Assembly (NCBI GenBank): GCA_025786725.1
Contig: JAHLTZ010000039.1
Span: 62,001 to 126,000, forward strand
Origin: Syncephalis fuscata S228
Lineage: Eukaryota > Fungi > Zoopagomycota
Direction: 5' to 3'
DNA: 64,000 nt
The translations under genes were made by a program, and so were the position numbers. This document shows, piece by piece, positions 25,454-39,085 of this stretch. The notes under the pieces are model-generated. The model was not told the origin of the DNA. It saw only the letters and a list, made by a program, of their open reading frames with translations, and did not search any database. Position 1 is the first letter of the stretch. Every line of letters starts with the position of its first letter.

Positions 25454-28040
25454 GTTCTATAGTAATGGCATTTAGTGTCAATAACACTTATTTCTTTTAC
25501 TAATATAATTATTATTTTTACACCTTCTATTATATTGATTTTGGTGTTAAATACATTTATTTTTTAAAACATTCACTATTATACTGAAAATACATTCTAG
25601 ATAATGAGTATTTTTTGGGGTAAAATGATATTCGGTGTTTTATTATAGTTATTGCTTCACTTTTAATTGTTCTACAATAATGAGTAGTTTTGGGGTCAAA
25701 TAACTTTTGTTATATTTAATTAATTATTTTAATATACTCGCTATTTACTGATAGCTCGTTCTATAATAATGAGTAGTTTGGTATCAAATGACATCACTAT
25801 TATAGTTTCACATATTAACAACACATCTCACAATCTACGTCATCACATTTCCTTTCTCTTTCTTCACACTTGACAGCATATATCCATTGCATATGTACAC
25901 ACTATATATGCTAATTAGATAGTGTCAGTAGTTGACTGGCTACTAGTCAAGTACAAACACCTTCTACACTATGTCTTTGCCTTGCTCTTTTGTAATTACC
26001 TTCATTGCTTTGATAATTGGCTGGTGTCATTCACCACCCAGCTCCATCTTTAATAAGACGAATGTCTAGTTCAATTATGCCAATGTTATTAAATGTAGTC
26101 ATTTGGCTCACAAACCATACTGAATGTTTAACAAACTTTTTAATAACAATAGCAGAAATTAATTAGTTAATTAAATCAGTGATACTATTGTTTAAATGAA
26201 TAGTGTGCTTAGTATTGAATGTAGTTGTAGTCTAGTTATGTAACATCAATAGATTCGAACCAAATAAATAGTATTACTTTAATTGTAAAGCAAATACTAA
26301 GCGTAAAATTAAATAGACAATAGCAATGCTGCCATTAATACAACATCATATTGTATCAATAAACATTCCATACACTTTGTTAAAATCATTTAGTTCAATA
26401 TACATAATATCCTTCTTTGCTATTACTGATGCTTCATTTATTTAACCAATACATTCAAAAGCATGCAATAACAGCACCAATCAACACTTGGTGGGGTAAA
26501 AAACCAAATGGATACACAGTTCTTTCATTTGGAAAACCGTACCAAGCGATAGCACTAACTACAATATACAATACTGCAGTTGATACTTGTGTAAATAAAG
26601 ACAATTATCGGTATTGTAAGTTGCATGCAGAAACAATGGTGCATGATAAAAATATAGCCCAAATGTATCTGCTGACTGGCACCAATGCGCGAATGACTAT
26701 AGCGAAATGTTTTAGTATTGCTTAGTAGTAATATAATATCATACATCTAGTCAGCCGCTGTTCATATATAATTTATAGTGTACATGTAGTGTGGTTGTTT
26801 GTTGTTTGGATAGTGTTATTTTAAGTGTTATACAAACGAAATAAAAAACAAGTTGAAAAGTTGTTAAAAGCTGTTAATCGAGACAGCAGCTAATAAAGAG
26901 ACTATGCGTCCACCGGGAGTACTGACAATACTACGACTTGGGCATAAGTACCATTTGCCAGATGCACATAGCTTTTATTAGCCGCCACCAAGATGACGAT
27001 GCTGTTTATAAATGTTATAATATATTATAGCAATCTAAATGCAGCAATAAACGTTACAGAACTACTGGCTCACCCAATTGTAGCTGACGTTTAAAGACAA
27101 ACATCTATGAATACTACAGTAATTACAACTAAACAGCATATTGTTATATGCTGATGCACTATTAAAGATTGCAATATAACAGCTAGTCTACGCTACGCTA
27201 CAACTAATCGTAAAATACTATCTATTCCTAAAACGGGTCCTGAGGTTGCCTATTCATTTGATCCCCAGCAGAAGGATTTCAGGTCTCTAGATGATATTGC
27301 GACTAACGCTATATTGCAATCATTTAACAGCACCCACAAGTAAACAGTAGTTGATATGTGCCACTCATCACAAATGATCCACATATCACACCAATCTAGT
27401 GTGCGATGGCAGTGTTCAGCAAGTTGACTACTGCCACACACCTCCAGCGCGCATTACAAACAAGTGGACACTAACATATAGCCACCCATCACAGGTCACC
27501 GCATCAACATGAGGGAGCGCACAGCAATACTGACTTGCTAAACACTGCACTGCACGCTCTAGCATCCCACATGTCTCCGCACTACACTAGTATACAGTCG
27601 CCTATTACAGGCAACCATATAATTATTGAGCCAGTACAATACAATAGTCTGCAATATCATATTACACATTCAATACAGTACACAAGTAAGAACACAGTAT
27701 TTCATGGTCAACCAACAGGGGGACCACACGCCACTGGATGTAGCTACTAGACTTGATGCTCTCCATAACAAACGGTTTACAGCACATTAACAGTTGGAAA
27801 CAGAAGAAGGCGAGATAATGGGCAAAAGTGTTCCATGCGCGTTCTTATAAACCTGGTCTAAACATCTACCAATTGGAATGGACAATATAGGCAAGAAAGC
27901 ATGTGGTGCTGTCTATTGGCGTATTGCACCCGTTGAGCTATTCTAGTACACAGTGCTATCTGTAACACGTCATTCATCCACTTGACTTGTATTGCCATAT
28001 ATAATTGCTAGAATGGTAAACTGCTATTTATTAAAGATGT
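25454..28040 (+). repeat. 2.6-kb direct repeat, copy A (probable non-autonomous element or segmental duplication)
   Basis: Near-identical to 34434-37020 from GTTCTATAGTAATGGCATTTAG to TATTAAAGATGT. Contains repeated TAATGAGTA(G/T)TTTTGGGGT(C/A)AAAT motifs near its left end. Confidence 0.95.
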
Positions 28041-28999
28041 GTAAATAAAATAGTTTATACTATAGATACATTGCTGGTATAGCACTTTGGTAGCTAATTA
28101 AAAGCATCAGTTCATATGTTGTGGTGAAACTGATGCGTGTAATTAACGGCCATATAAAGAACTGGGGAAATACAGGTAAACGTGATACGATGGTAATTGT
28201 ATTTATCCTCTTATCAGTATATCAATTACATTCCTGCCTGCCTGCCTTGCTTACATCCGCCTTCCATTCTATGTCAGTCATGTTCTGCGCAAACTGCCAC
28301 GTCATTTGCAACATTAGTTCCTTTGAATTGCCTAATGCGATCTAATCAAACGTGCTATTTTATTCACGTCGTGTTACTATACTAGCAGTATCTTTAGATG
28401 TTAGCAAATGCCCACTTTTTCAAAATGCACCCGCCATTTCGCACACAATCAAATTGGTCGATCCACACAATATTTATTACTTTTATTAGGTAAACAAATG
28501 GCTTTTCCTTTAAAAATATGGTATATCACATAATCTGCCGATTGAGTTTCAATATTGCCAAATGGAAATAAAATGCAATATGATTATAATATATTGCAAA
28601 AAGTATGCTAGAATTAATTGGCTGAAAAGAAGAATATACGCGTAATCTTATTGACTGCAAGGATCAATATGCAAACCAGAATAATGTAGCCATGTATGTT
28701 GGCCAATGTCATACAAGTTGTCGATAAACGCGATAGTTTGCTTTACAGCTTACAAACACAGCAATAATATCAGTAGCTGAATATGCTACAAGTGCTATGT
28801 TAAATATCTGCAAAATAAAACACTATTATTGTACTATTGTCTTAAATGCTCATCATATCTTAATACTGTACGTGTATTTAAACTCATGGAAAGCGTGACG
28901 AACATGTTTTACTTTACTTTTTGTTACCATTTTCTTTTAACGTTCATTTTCAATTGAAGTCTACTCGTTTTAACATCTGTATCCAATATTGCTAACACC

Positions 29000-31327
29000 A
29001 TGAGTTCTCAAGATAACAATCAAACCTCCACTTTTGCTTCTACATCCGCTGCCCTTACTCCGGCTGCAGTTGCCGCAGAACTGCCACCAAATCTTCTATG
29101 TGATGAGGATTTGATGTATTATAATGTTCCTGACTGTTGGAACGATTTGCCGAGAGAAGAACGCGTCGGCATTGTCGCATGGGCTGAAGTCTGTGAAGCA
29201 ACATCCAGCAGTATGTTAAATAGCATTATAAATATATACAGCTAAATATTATTTAGACATAGTGCTGTTAAAAACTCGACCTTATTACTTTGGAACAGAT
29301 GAATACCGGTAGCTATTTAAATGTATTTATAAAGTAATAAACTAACATTATACGCATATTCCACAGCAGATATCGCTTTGCTAAAGAACCAATGCCAAAT
29401 GGTTATTTCAAATTATTGGTGGTAAGTACATTATACGCTTTTATAAACTGGTAAGTACATTATACGCTTTTATAAACTGGTATTAATTATAAATTAATTT
29501 AGAAAAATGGCATTGTTACATGTGTAGTAAGTAAATAATTATTTAACATTTTATTACTAACCAGTAATTTAGAATGCTGGATTATCGATATTAATGGGTC
29601 AGTTTATATAAATGGTGGTATAATTACTGACATTTAGTTTAGTCAATGAAATCGGATTACTTAACCGTGTATCAACAACAGTTAATGGAGATTGTATCAT
29701 TAAAATGCCAGGAAGAGAAGGTAAGTGACAAATTATTTTTATTAACATTTCTAACCTTGCATAACAGTAACAGTTAGCATCCGTGTTATTAAAAGTTTAA
29801 CACCCGTCCAAGTAGAAGATAGCTTGGAATACGAAGAGGTAAGTCTATAAGCATATTTGAATATTACTGATATACCATTGTTATTAATACTATAGAAAAT
29901 CAACGCGCGGTTTATGATTACCGATAAGTCTATTGGAAAGTAAGTAATTAAACTAAACAAACTAATTAACTAATCGATTATTTGCAATAGAGGTGCACTC
30001 GGCAAAGTTTATTTAGGATTTGACCGCAGCACAGGTCGGCGTGCTGCGGTCAAAATCTCAAAAAAAGAGCGTGGCATCGACGCCTTCAATCACGAAGTCT
30101 CCGTATTACGCAGAGTGGGCAACCACTCTAACGTAATAAAATTGCTTGATGACAAAATCACCGCTTTGAACACGTACTTATTTCTTGAGTACGCGGCAGG
30201 CGGTGATCTCATCGATTACATCATCTCTAAATCCGCGCTTCCAGAGATGGAAGCAAAACATATCTTCAAACAACTGCTTGAAGGCATCGAGGTAAGTATT
30301 ATTATAAAAACATTAATCAAGCACTAACACTTTATTAGTATCTTCACAGCAAAGATGTTGTACATTACGGTAAGCACACTGATCTATTAATTAATACAAT
30401 TACTAACTGCACACTGTTGTTACTGCGATCACTACTACTATTTAGATATCAAGGTAAGTAGTTTATTTAATATTTAACATCATTACTGACAGGTAAGCAG
30501 CCCGACAACGTGCTGTTGTTAGATGGACAGGAATGTCCCAGAGTCGTATTTGCAGACTTTGGGATGGCACGCCCCCTCCTCTCCTCGCCCACTGTGACCG
30601 CTGCTTATGGCACAGTGTCCTATATGGCACCTGAAGTGCTATTGGGATCTGATGCGCGGGAGAAGATGTTTGCTATTATCAATAGCACACCAGGGGCTGC
30701 AAGTCAGCTACCTTCGGCATTGTTGGATGCCAAGGGATACGGAAAGCCCGCCGACATGTGGAGCTTGGGAGCCACACTCCACACAATGTTGCTAGGTAAG
30801 TGCAAACAGAAACAACCATATTATACTAAACTATCATATACTATCAATCAGGAAATTGGCCGTATGGATCTACAAATAACCAATCTGTGTATATGAGAAC
30901 TATACTACAACATTCGCCGACATTTGGTCAGGAAAAAGCCAACGGGCCAAGCAAACAAGGTAAGTTAATATATTTTATTAACAACAACTAATACATTGCA
31001 GCCGTTCAATTGATGAAGCGGCTACTAGACCTTGACAGTGGCACGCGGTATACAGCCAAGCAGGCACTAGACAGCTCTTGGTTTGATGACGAGAAAGAAC
31101 AAATAGATGCAGCTATACCGTTTGACGCTACTTCTCCGAGCCAAGAAGAACCAGCGGTGTCAACAACACCAATAACACCAACAGTAACACCAACTACACC
31201 GCCTGCACCTGCCGCAGCAATAATACAAGCGCCAGCAAAGAAGAAGCAGCGTCAGTCGGCGCTCAAGCTTCCGCTACGAGTGCAGCCACATCGTCAGGCC
31301 CGTCTTGGCAAAAAGTATTATAAATAA
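29000..31327 (+). CDS. Ser/Thr protein kinase (CAMK group) with a degenerate FHA-like N-terminus, Mek1/Chk2/Dun1-like architecture
   Basis: Spliced kinase motifs IGK-GALGKV, AAVK, EYAAGGDL, YLHSKDVVHY-D-IK-PDNVLL, ADFGMAR, GTVSYMAPE and KPADMWSLG. The N-terminal short exons PYYFGTDE...VNGDCIIK weakly resemble FHA. Basic C-terminal tail. About 12 introns. Confidence 0.85.
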
Positions 31328-31476
31328 ACGGTAAGAATTCACTAACAATCATACAAATTATAATATTGACGTGTATTTAGTTGTTCTATATCTTTTACCA
31401 TTACTTGCATATATATATAAATAAACATTGTTCCATAGTCTATAATGCGATGAGAATTGATATGTTTTGTAATAAT

Positions 31477-32492
31477 GATTTTGGTGTTAAATGACTTTTA
31501 TTCTTTTAATACATTTACTATTATACTGAATATATGTTTATAATAATGAGTAGTTTTGGTGGTAAAATGACTTTTATTCTTAATGCATTTATTCATTTAC
31601 TATCAATCTGTTCTATGATGTACTGACATGTTGGGTAGATTGGCTTTTATTATTTACACTTCATTTATTAATGAATTAAACTCGGCTGTTTATAAATATT
31701 GACTGACAGGCTCACAGCTCACAATCTACGTCATACATTTCCTTTCTCTTTCTTACACTTGACAGCATATATCCATTGCATATACTTGTACACTCCATAT
31801 ATGCTAACTAGATAGTACCAGTACTTGACTAGTAGCCAGTCAAGTACAAACATCTTCTACACTATGTCTTTGCATTGCTCTTTTGTAATTAACTTCATTG
31901 CTTTGATAATTGGTATTAGCAATTTCTTTGACACGGTAAGTGCATTCCTGGCTTGTTTTTATGTTGTGTTAAATATATGCTGTGAAATCTCGTTGTATGC
32001 TTTGTTTTTAGTATAGATCACAATTATGATCATCTGGCAACAGTATATGTATTACCAACAGTGACAGATTGCACCGCCACTATCAAGACTGTACAAGCTG
32101 CTGTTAGTGCAATCTGCAATGACGATCTATGGAGAATTAACGAATGCGGCAGATTTGGCAGCATATAGACTGTATGCCGTACTAGAAGTCATGACAGCTA
32201 TCTACTGTACTATAATTCATAACATTTAGAATATTATGGCTACATACATGTTATATGTCAGTATACGTGCTAACATATATAATCATAATAAGCGGTAAGT
32301 AATGTTAGATCGATACCTATTATTGTTTATTATTAATTTTATTAATTTTATTGTCGTTACTGTTGAGTATTCAAACTATTATATTTTGGTATCTAATACT
32401 ACTCATCACCCGCTCTATGTTCAATAGAACGAATATGTAGCTCAATTGCTTGAATGTTGCTAAATGTAGTCATTTGACCACCAAACATGCTA
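31477..32492 (+). mobile_element. Diverged partial third copy of the left part of the 2.6-kb repeat, with ~480 bp of extra internal sequence
   Basis: Shares GATTTTGGTGTTAAAT.., CTCACAATCTACGTCA..CATTTCCTTTCTCTTTC..GCTTTGATAATTGG and TAAATGTAGTCATTTG with 25517-26110. Segment 31913-32395 is absent from copies A and B. Confidence 0.75.
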
Positions 32493-33143
32493 TAATAATA
32501 AAACATAATTATTGTAACATTTATGACATTGTATGACCATATTGCTATGATAATATAACTAAACAGTATACCACGTGCTTAACCAAATTTGTTAACAGCA
32601 CATGTAAATATACAAGAATAATACAGATATTGGGTATTAGCATTAGCTGCTAATAATAAACAATATTACAAATATATGCTTAGTTGGTACTTGTTTTTTG
32701 TAAACATATGTGTAGTTGAATGGGCTGATAATATCTAAAATCAACACTGATATTTATTATTATATATGATTGTCATTCATTTATAATATTGAACTTAATC
32801 ATGATGTTTATTAAAGTTGATAATTATACTGATTAATATTGCTATTGCAATAACAAATAATAAATATATTTGTTTAAAATATTTAAATGCAATGGTGCTA
32901 GTTACTGATATTATTATTATATTAACAAATGATATCTATTTATTTAAACATTTAAAATCAATGATGTGATTAATAAAAAATTTAAAAAAAAAAAAAAATA
33001 TAAATAAATGAATTGTTAATTAATAATATTTGATGTATTAGTATAATAAATGGTAGACATTTGTTTATAATGATTGTGCTTTTAATATTAAAATATCACT
33101 AAAAACACGCGTATTTGATATAAATGTAATCAAGTACCATGTC

Positions 33144-34217
33144 TTAATAGACATAGTTCTTGACAAACAAGTCAGCGGTTTCACCGCCGCTGTTGCCGGC
33201 ATATTTGCCAACTGAGGCTTCTGAGTTGGCCTTGGAACGGACAAGAAGGGCATCTTGAGCAGCCTTTACGTTGCTGGCCTCACCCTTCCATGTCTTGAGC
33301 ACGGTAGCTTGCAAGGCACGGCCATAAGAGAAGGTAAGCTTCCAGGGGCGCTTGCCTTCAACACGGTTCATGGCGTTCAAGTGAAGGGTAGCTGCCTCTT
33401 CGGACTGGCCACCTGAAAGGAATGTAACGCCAGGAACGGCTACTGGCACTGTACGCTGCAATACAGTTAGTGTAGCGTAGCCAACTTCCTCAGGCGAGTA
33501 CTTCTTGGCGCAGTCTTGGCCTGGGCAGACCATGTTTGGCTTGAGCAGTGTACCTTCAAGGTAGATGTGGTGCTCGTGGAGCTTCTTGTAGACGGTAGCA
33601 AGTACCTTTTGCGTAACTTCAACAGCACGTTCCAAATCGTGGTTGCCATCCATAAGAATCTCTGGCTCAACGATTGGTACCAAACCGTTAGCCTGGCAGA
33701 TCGATGCGTAACGTGCAAGCACATTGGCATTTTCGTCGATGGCAACTTGGCTTGGTTGGGCTTCACCAATTCTTAATACAGAGCGCCACTTGGCGAAACG
33801 AGCGCCAGCCTTGTAGTATTCCTTGCAACGCTCGGCCAATCCATCTAAACCTTGCGTGGTCGTCTCGTTATCGGTACCGGCAATCTGAACGACACCCTTG
33901 TCGACCTTGATGCCAACAACAATATTTTGCTCACGCAAAACATCGGCGAAGGAACGGCCATCGGCAGTCTTTTGGTAGAGTGTCTCTTCGAATAAGATGA
34001 CACCACCAATATACTTGCTTAGATCTTCGCCAGCAGTGAAGAGCAGTTCACGGTAGGCACGGCGGTTCTCCTCAACGTTCTCGACGTTGATTCCGTCAAA
34101 ACGTTTGCCGATCGTGCCAGTCGACTCATCAGCAGCAAGGATGCCTCGGCCTGAGGCAACAATAGCGTTGGCGGTCTGAGCCAACTCTTCACGGAAATTT
34201 CCAGCAGCGGTCAACAT
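33144..34217 (-). CDS. Fructose-1,6-bisphosphate aldolase, class I (intronless)
   Basis: [46 protein letters not shown], Schiff-base Lys in [25 protein letters not shown] and the C-terminal Tyr (NYVY). Confidence 0.98.
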   Translation of the reverse strand: MLTAAGNFREELAQTANAIVASGRGILAADESTGTIGKRFDGINVENVEENRRAYRELLFTAGEDLSKYIGGVILFEETLYQKTADGRSFADVLREQNIVVGIKVDKGVVQIAGTDNETTTQGLDGLAERCKEYYKAGARFAKWRSVLRIGEAQPSQVAIDENANVLARYASICQANGLVPIVEPEILMDGNHDLERAVEVTQKVLATVYKKLHEHHIYLEGTLLKPNMVCPGQDCAKKYSPEEVGYATLTVLQRTVPVAVPGVTFLSGGQSEEAATLHLNAMNRVEGKRPWKLTFSYGRALQATVLKTWKGEASNVKAAQDALLVRSKANSEASVGKYAGNSGGETADLFVKNYVY

Positions 34218-34433
34218 GATAACGATAACAACGACAGTACGAAGCTAAACGGTGTTTTAAATGAATAAACAATAAGTGTGTGCAGTTAAAGCAAAGAGAG
34301 AAAGAAAGCAAACGTAATAAGTGGAGGAAAAATCAACGGAAAATGTCGGATAAGCACAAGGCCATCGATGGCCACGTCACTAAGACAAATGAAGTAATAA
34401 TTGTCAATATACTCGCTAATATACTAATAACAT

Positions 34434-37020
34434 GTTCTATAGTAATGGCATTTAGTGTCAATAACACTTATTTCTTTTACTAATATAATTATTATTTTTA
34501 CACCTTCTATTATATTGATTTTGGTGTTAAATAGCATTTATTTTTTAATACATTCACTATTATACTGAAAATACATTCTAGATAATGAGTATTTTTTGGG
34601 GTAAAATGATATTCGGTTTTTATTATAGTTATTGCTTCACTTTTAATTGTTCTACAATAATGAGTAGTTTTGGGGTCAAATAACTTTTGTTATATTTAAT
34701 TAATTATTTTAATATACTCGCTATTTACTGATAGCTCGTTCTATAATAATGAGTAGTTTGGTATCAAATGACATCACTATTATAGATTCACATATTAACA
34801 ACACATCTCACAATCTACGTCACACATTTCCTTTCTCTTTCTTCACACTTGACAGCATATATCCATTGCATATGTACACACTATATATCTAATTAGATAG
34901 TGTCGGTAGTTGACTGACTACTAGTCAAGTACAAACACCTTCTACACTATGTCTTTGCATTGCTCTTTTGTAATTACCTTCATTGCTTTGATAATTGGCT
35001 GGTGTCATTCACCACCCAGCTCCATCTTTAATAAAACGAATGTCTAGTTCAATTATGCCAATGTTATTAAATGTAGTCATTTGGCTCACAAACCATACTG
35101 AATGTTTAACAAACTTTTTAATAACAATAGCAGAAATTAATTAGTTAATTAAATCAGTGATACTATTGTTTAAATGAATAGTGTGCTTAGTATTGAATGT
35201 AGTTGTAGCCTAGTTATGTAACATCAATAGATTCGAACCAAATAAATAATATTACTTTAGTCGTAAAGCAAATACTAAGCGTAAAATTAAATAGACAATA
35301 GCAATGCTGCCATTAATACAACATCATATTGTATCAATAAACATTCCATACACTTTGTTAAAATCATTTAGTTCAATATACATAATATCCTTCTTTGCTA
35401 TTACTGATGCTTCATTTATTTAACCAATACATTCAAAAGCATGCAATAACAGCACCAATCAACACTTGGTGGGGTAAAAAACCAAATGGATACACATTTC
35501 TTTCATTTGGAAAACCGTACCAAGCGATAGCACTAACTACAATATACAATACTGCAGCTGATACTTGTGTAAATAAAGGCAATTATCGGTATTGTAAGTT
35601 GTATGCAGAAACAATGGTGCATGATAAAAATATAGTCCAAATGTATTTGCTGACTGGCACCAATGCTCGAATGACTATAGAAAATGTTTTAGTATTGCTT
35701 AGTAGTAATATAATATCATACATCTAGTCAGCTGCTGTTCATATATGATTCATAGTGTACATGTAGTGTGGTTGTTTGTTGTTTGGATAGTGTTATTTTA
35801 AGTGTTATACAAACTAAATAAAAAACAAGTTGAAAAGTTGTTAAAAGCTGTTAATCGAGACAGCAGCTAATAAAGAGACTATGCGTCCACCGGAGTACTG
35901 ACAATACTACGACTTGGGCATAAGTACCATTTGCCAGATGCACATAGCTTTTATTAGCCGCCACCAAGATGACGATGCTGTTTATAAATGTTATAATATA
36001 TTATAGCAATCTAAATGCAGCAATAAACGTTACAGAACTACTGGCTCACCCAATTGTAGCTGACGTTTAAAGACAAACATCTATGAATACTACAGTAATT
36101 ACAACTAAACAGCATATTGTTATATGCTGATGCACTATTAAAGATTGCAATATAACAGCTAGTCTACGCTACGCTATAACTAATCGTAAAATACTATCTA
36201 TTTCTAAAACGGGTCCTGAGGTTGCCCTATTCATTTGATCCCCAGCAGAAGGATCTCAGGTCTCTAGATGATATTGCGACTAACGCTATACTGCAATCAT
36301 TTAACAGCACCCACAAGTAAACAGTAGTTGATATGTGGCACTCATCACAAATGATCCACATATCACACCAATCTAGTGTGCGATGGCAGTATTCAGCAAG
36401 TTGACTACTGCCACACACCTCCAGCGCGCATTACAAACAAATGGACACTAACATATAGCCACCCATCACAGGTCACCGCATCAACATGAGGGAGCGCACA
36501 GCAATACTGACTTGCTAAACACTGCACTGCACGCTCTAGCATCCCACATGTCTCCGCACTACACTAGTATACAGTCGCCTATTACAGGCAACCATATAAT
36601 TATTGAGCCAGTACAATACAATAGTCTGCAATATCATATTACACATTCAATACAGTACACAAGTAAGAACACAGTATTTCATGGTCAACCAACAGGGGAC
36701 CACACGCCACTGGATGTAGCTACTAGACTTGATGCTCTCCATTAACAAACGGTTTACAGCACATTAACAGCTGGAAACAGAAGAAGGCGAGATAATGGGC
36801 AAAAGTGTTCCATGCGCGTCCTTATAAACCTGGTCTAAACATCTGCCAATTGGAATGGACAATATAGGCAAGAAAGCATGTGGTGGCTGTCTATTGGCGT
36901 ATTGCGCCCATTGAGCTATTCTAGTACACAGTGCTATCTGTAACACGTCATTCATCCCACTTGACTTGTATTGCCATATATAATTGCTAGAATGGTAAAC
37001 TGCTCATTTATTAAAGATGT
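34434..37020 (+). repeat. 2.6-kb direct repeat, copy B
   Basis: Near-identical to 25454-28040 (scattered substitutions and 1-nt indels). The track ORFs pair up: 26417/35395, 27250/36227, 27535/36512. Confidence 0.95.
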
Positions 37021-37264
37021 ATAAGTAAAGCAGTTTAATCTATTTTACTTTGACCGAATCTATTGTAAGTATTATCAAATACTAGCAGGCTTTATTATAA
37101 GTTATTCAAGACTAGTTTACTATTAGCAATATGCCTATTATTTTACTCTAAATAAAATATTAACAATATATTACAGCTAGTTACATTTAATACAGCTACA
37201 TTGGCACTGCTCATTTTAACAATAATATCAATGGTTTATTTATATTATTTCCAATACAATAATA

Positions 37265-38125
37265 CTAAAGATTCACTAATAATTTAGAATAGTTTACGGG
37301 CAAATGATTTTTTAATAACATTCACACGATTGAACTGCACATCCAATTTATTGAACATAATGATGGATGGTGAGTGACATCAATAATCAAATACTCATCA
37401 TTGTAGATCTATTATCCATTACGCATATATCCACCATTTACTTATCATTCCCATTCTATTCCACGCTATTATATATCATTCTATGGTATACAAAAAACAT
37501 TCTATTGTTTATATGTTTCAATTACATATAGTTTGCTAAATGAATGAGATGGATGAGTTGAGATTTATTAATAGTAAAGTTATAAGCAAACGGACAACTG
37601 TAATAAGCAGTACGTATATACTAGACAATAAGACAATATATAATATTATGAACATATGAATTTACATGACGATTAGTTTTTTAAAGTCATTGAGCATATA
37701 TACATGATCAATGAGCGGAATTAGTTGCCATTTATTAATTATAAAGCTAGAACAAAAATAAAAAAGGTTTTGGATAGAGAAAGGCTAGGTGATTAAAGAA
37801 TGATATATAAAATGACAAATGTACGGTGAAAAAGTATATAAAACAATATCAAAGCTATAGTGCAATGAGTGGAACGAATGAAGTGTAATGGAACATATAA
37901 ACAGTAGAATGTATCTAGTACAGCATAGAATGCTATATACTAGTGTGGAATAGAATGGGAATGATATAGACAAATGGAGGATATATGCATATTGGATAAC
38001 GAATCTATGATGACGAGTATTTGATGATTGATGTCACTCATCACCCACCATCATGTTCAATAGATTGAGTGTTATTAATTGTAGTTATTTAACACCAAAT
38101 TACATTAAATTATTAATGAATTGCT
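37265..38125. mobile_element. MITE-like element with long imperfect terminal inverted repeats
   Basis: 37344-37485 (CAATTTATTGAACAT..GAGTGACATCAATAATCAAATACTC..TATCATTCCCATTCTATTCCAC..CATTCTATG) is the reverse complement of ~37924-38066, with weaker symmetry out to ATTCACTAATAATTTA (37270) and TAAATTATTAATGAAT (38106-38121). No ORF. Confidence 0.7.
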
Positions 38126-39085
38126 TAATGCAAAATGAATACTTTATTTAATTAATAAATAAGATGATATATATATGTCATAAATTGAATGGTATTATAC
38201 ATAAAAAACTATGAACAAATTAAAATATAGATGAGGGAATTGTTCAAGTGATGGAATAAAAGAAAGAATAAAAATCAATTGCATAAAATTAAGTATAATC
38301 ATAAAATATGCAAACAGTAAAGCAATTATTATAATAAAAATTGCAAACAACAAATAATAAATGCAAGTATATTTATAAAACATGCCATCAGTAAACAATT
38401 GAGTATAATGCAAAAATATATTTGAATGGATTACTATTTCAAAATTACTGTTGCACAGTGCTTCTAAGTCAATTAACGCAGGGATGGGACATTAACACAT
38501 TTATTCAAGGCAAAGCAATGCCCTACTAGCTATACAAATAAATAAAACGAATCCATCTTAGCAAGTCGGAATTATTAAAATTGTGTGTGCCACTATTTGT
38601 TCTTTCGAAAACAGTAGCGTATAAAGCTGATAAACCAACAAAAAACCGCTACAATTAAAACAATATTTCAGACTATACAAGAATCAAACATTGGCTGTTT
38701 GGCGTAGAATTGGCGCGGTGTTTGATGCAGTCTAATGTGTTAATAGGCCACGTGCATAGCCACATTCTCTTAGGCGGTGTTTCAGCATCAAAGTCCTACA
38801 ATACTGCTATTGCTCTGGAGTTAAACAAGACTGATCCCACGATAATACCAGTTGACCAAATTAAGCAATGATGCAACATAGTTTGATATCAATAAAAGAA
38901 GATTTGCAGGTTTCCGCTAGCACATTTCTATTTCCGGTTAAATACGGAGTGCTTTATTTTGTTATAGCAATTAGATGCTTTATTAAATAAATGGTTTTAT
39001 TTTTCAAAATACTTTTAGCTTAATCTTTTTTTCGTTCCTACCATCATACACTCTAAAATCACACTCGATAATAAATCCTTACGAT

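Noticed and set aside
26417-27750. Short ORFs inside the 2.6-kb repeat and their twins at 35395-36955
   Set aside because: They have non-ATG starts, no recognisable domains, and different ends between copies.
30486-30500. AG|GT adjacency (CTGACAGGTAAGCAG) as a recursive splice site
   Set aside because: The downstream 8 nt is too short for an intron; a branch point followed by the second AG explains the frame.
33467-33910. Overlapping ORFs within the aldolase gene (also within Csf1 and the CRN-like gene)
   Set aside because: They are alternate-frame or antisense by-products of GC-richer coding sequence.
25454-37020. LTR retrotransposon with 2.6-kb LTRs
   Set aside because: There is no gag/pol between the repeats, no clear TG...CA ends or TSD, and the interior holds ordinary genes.
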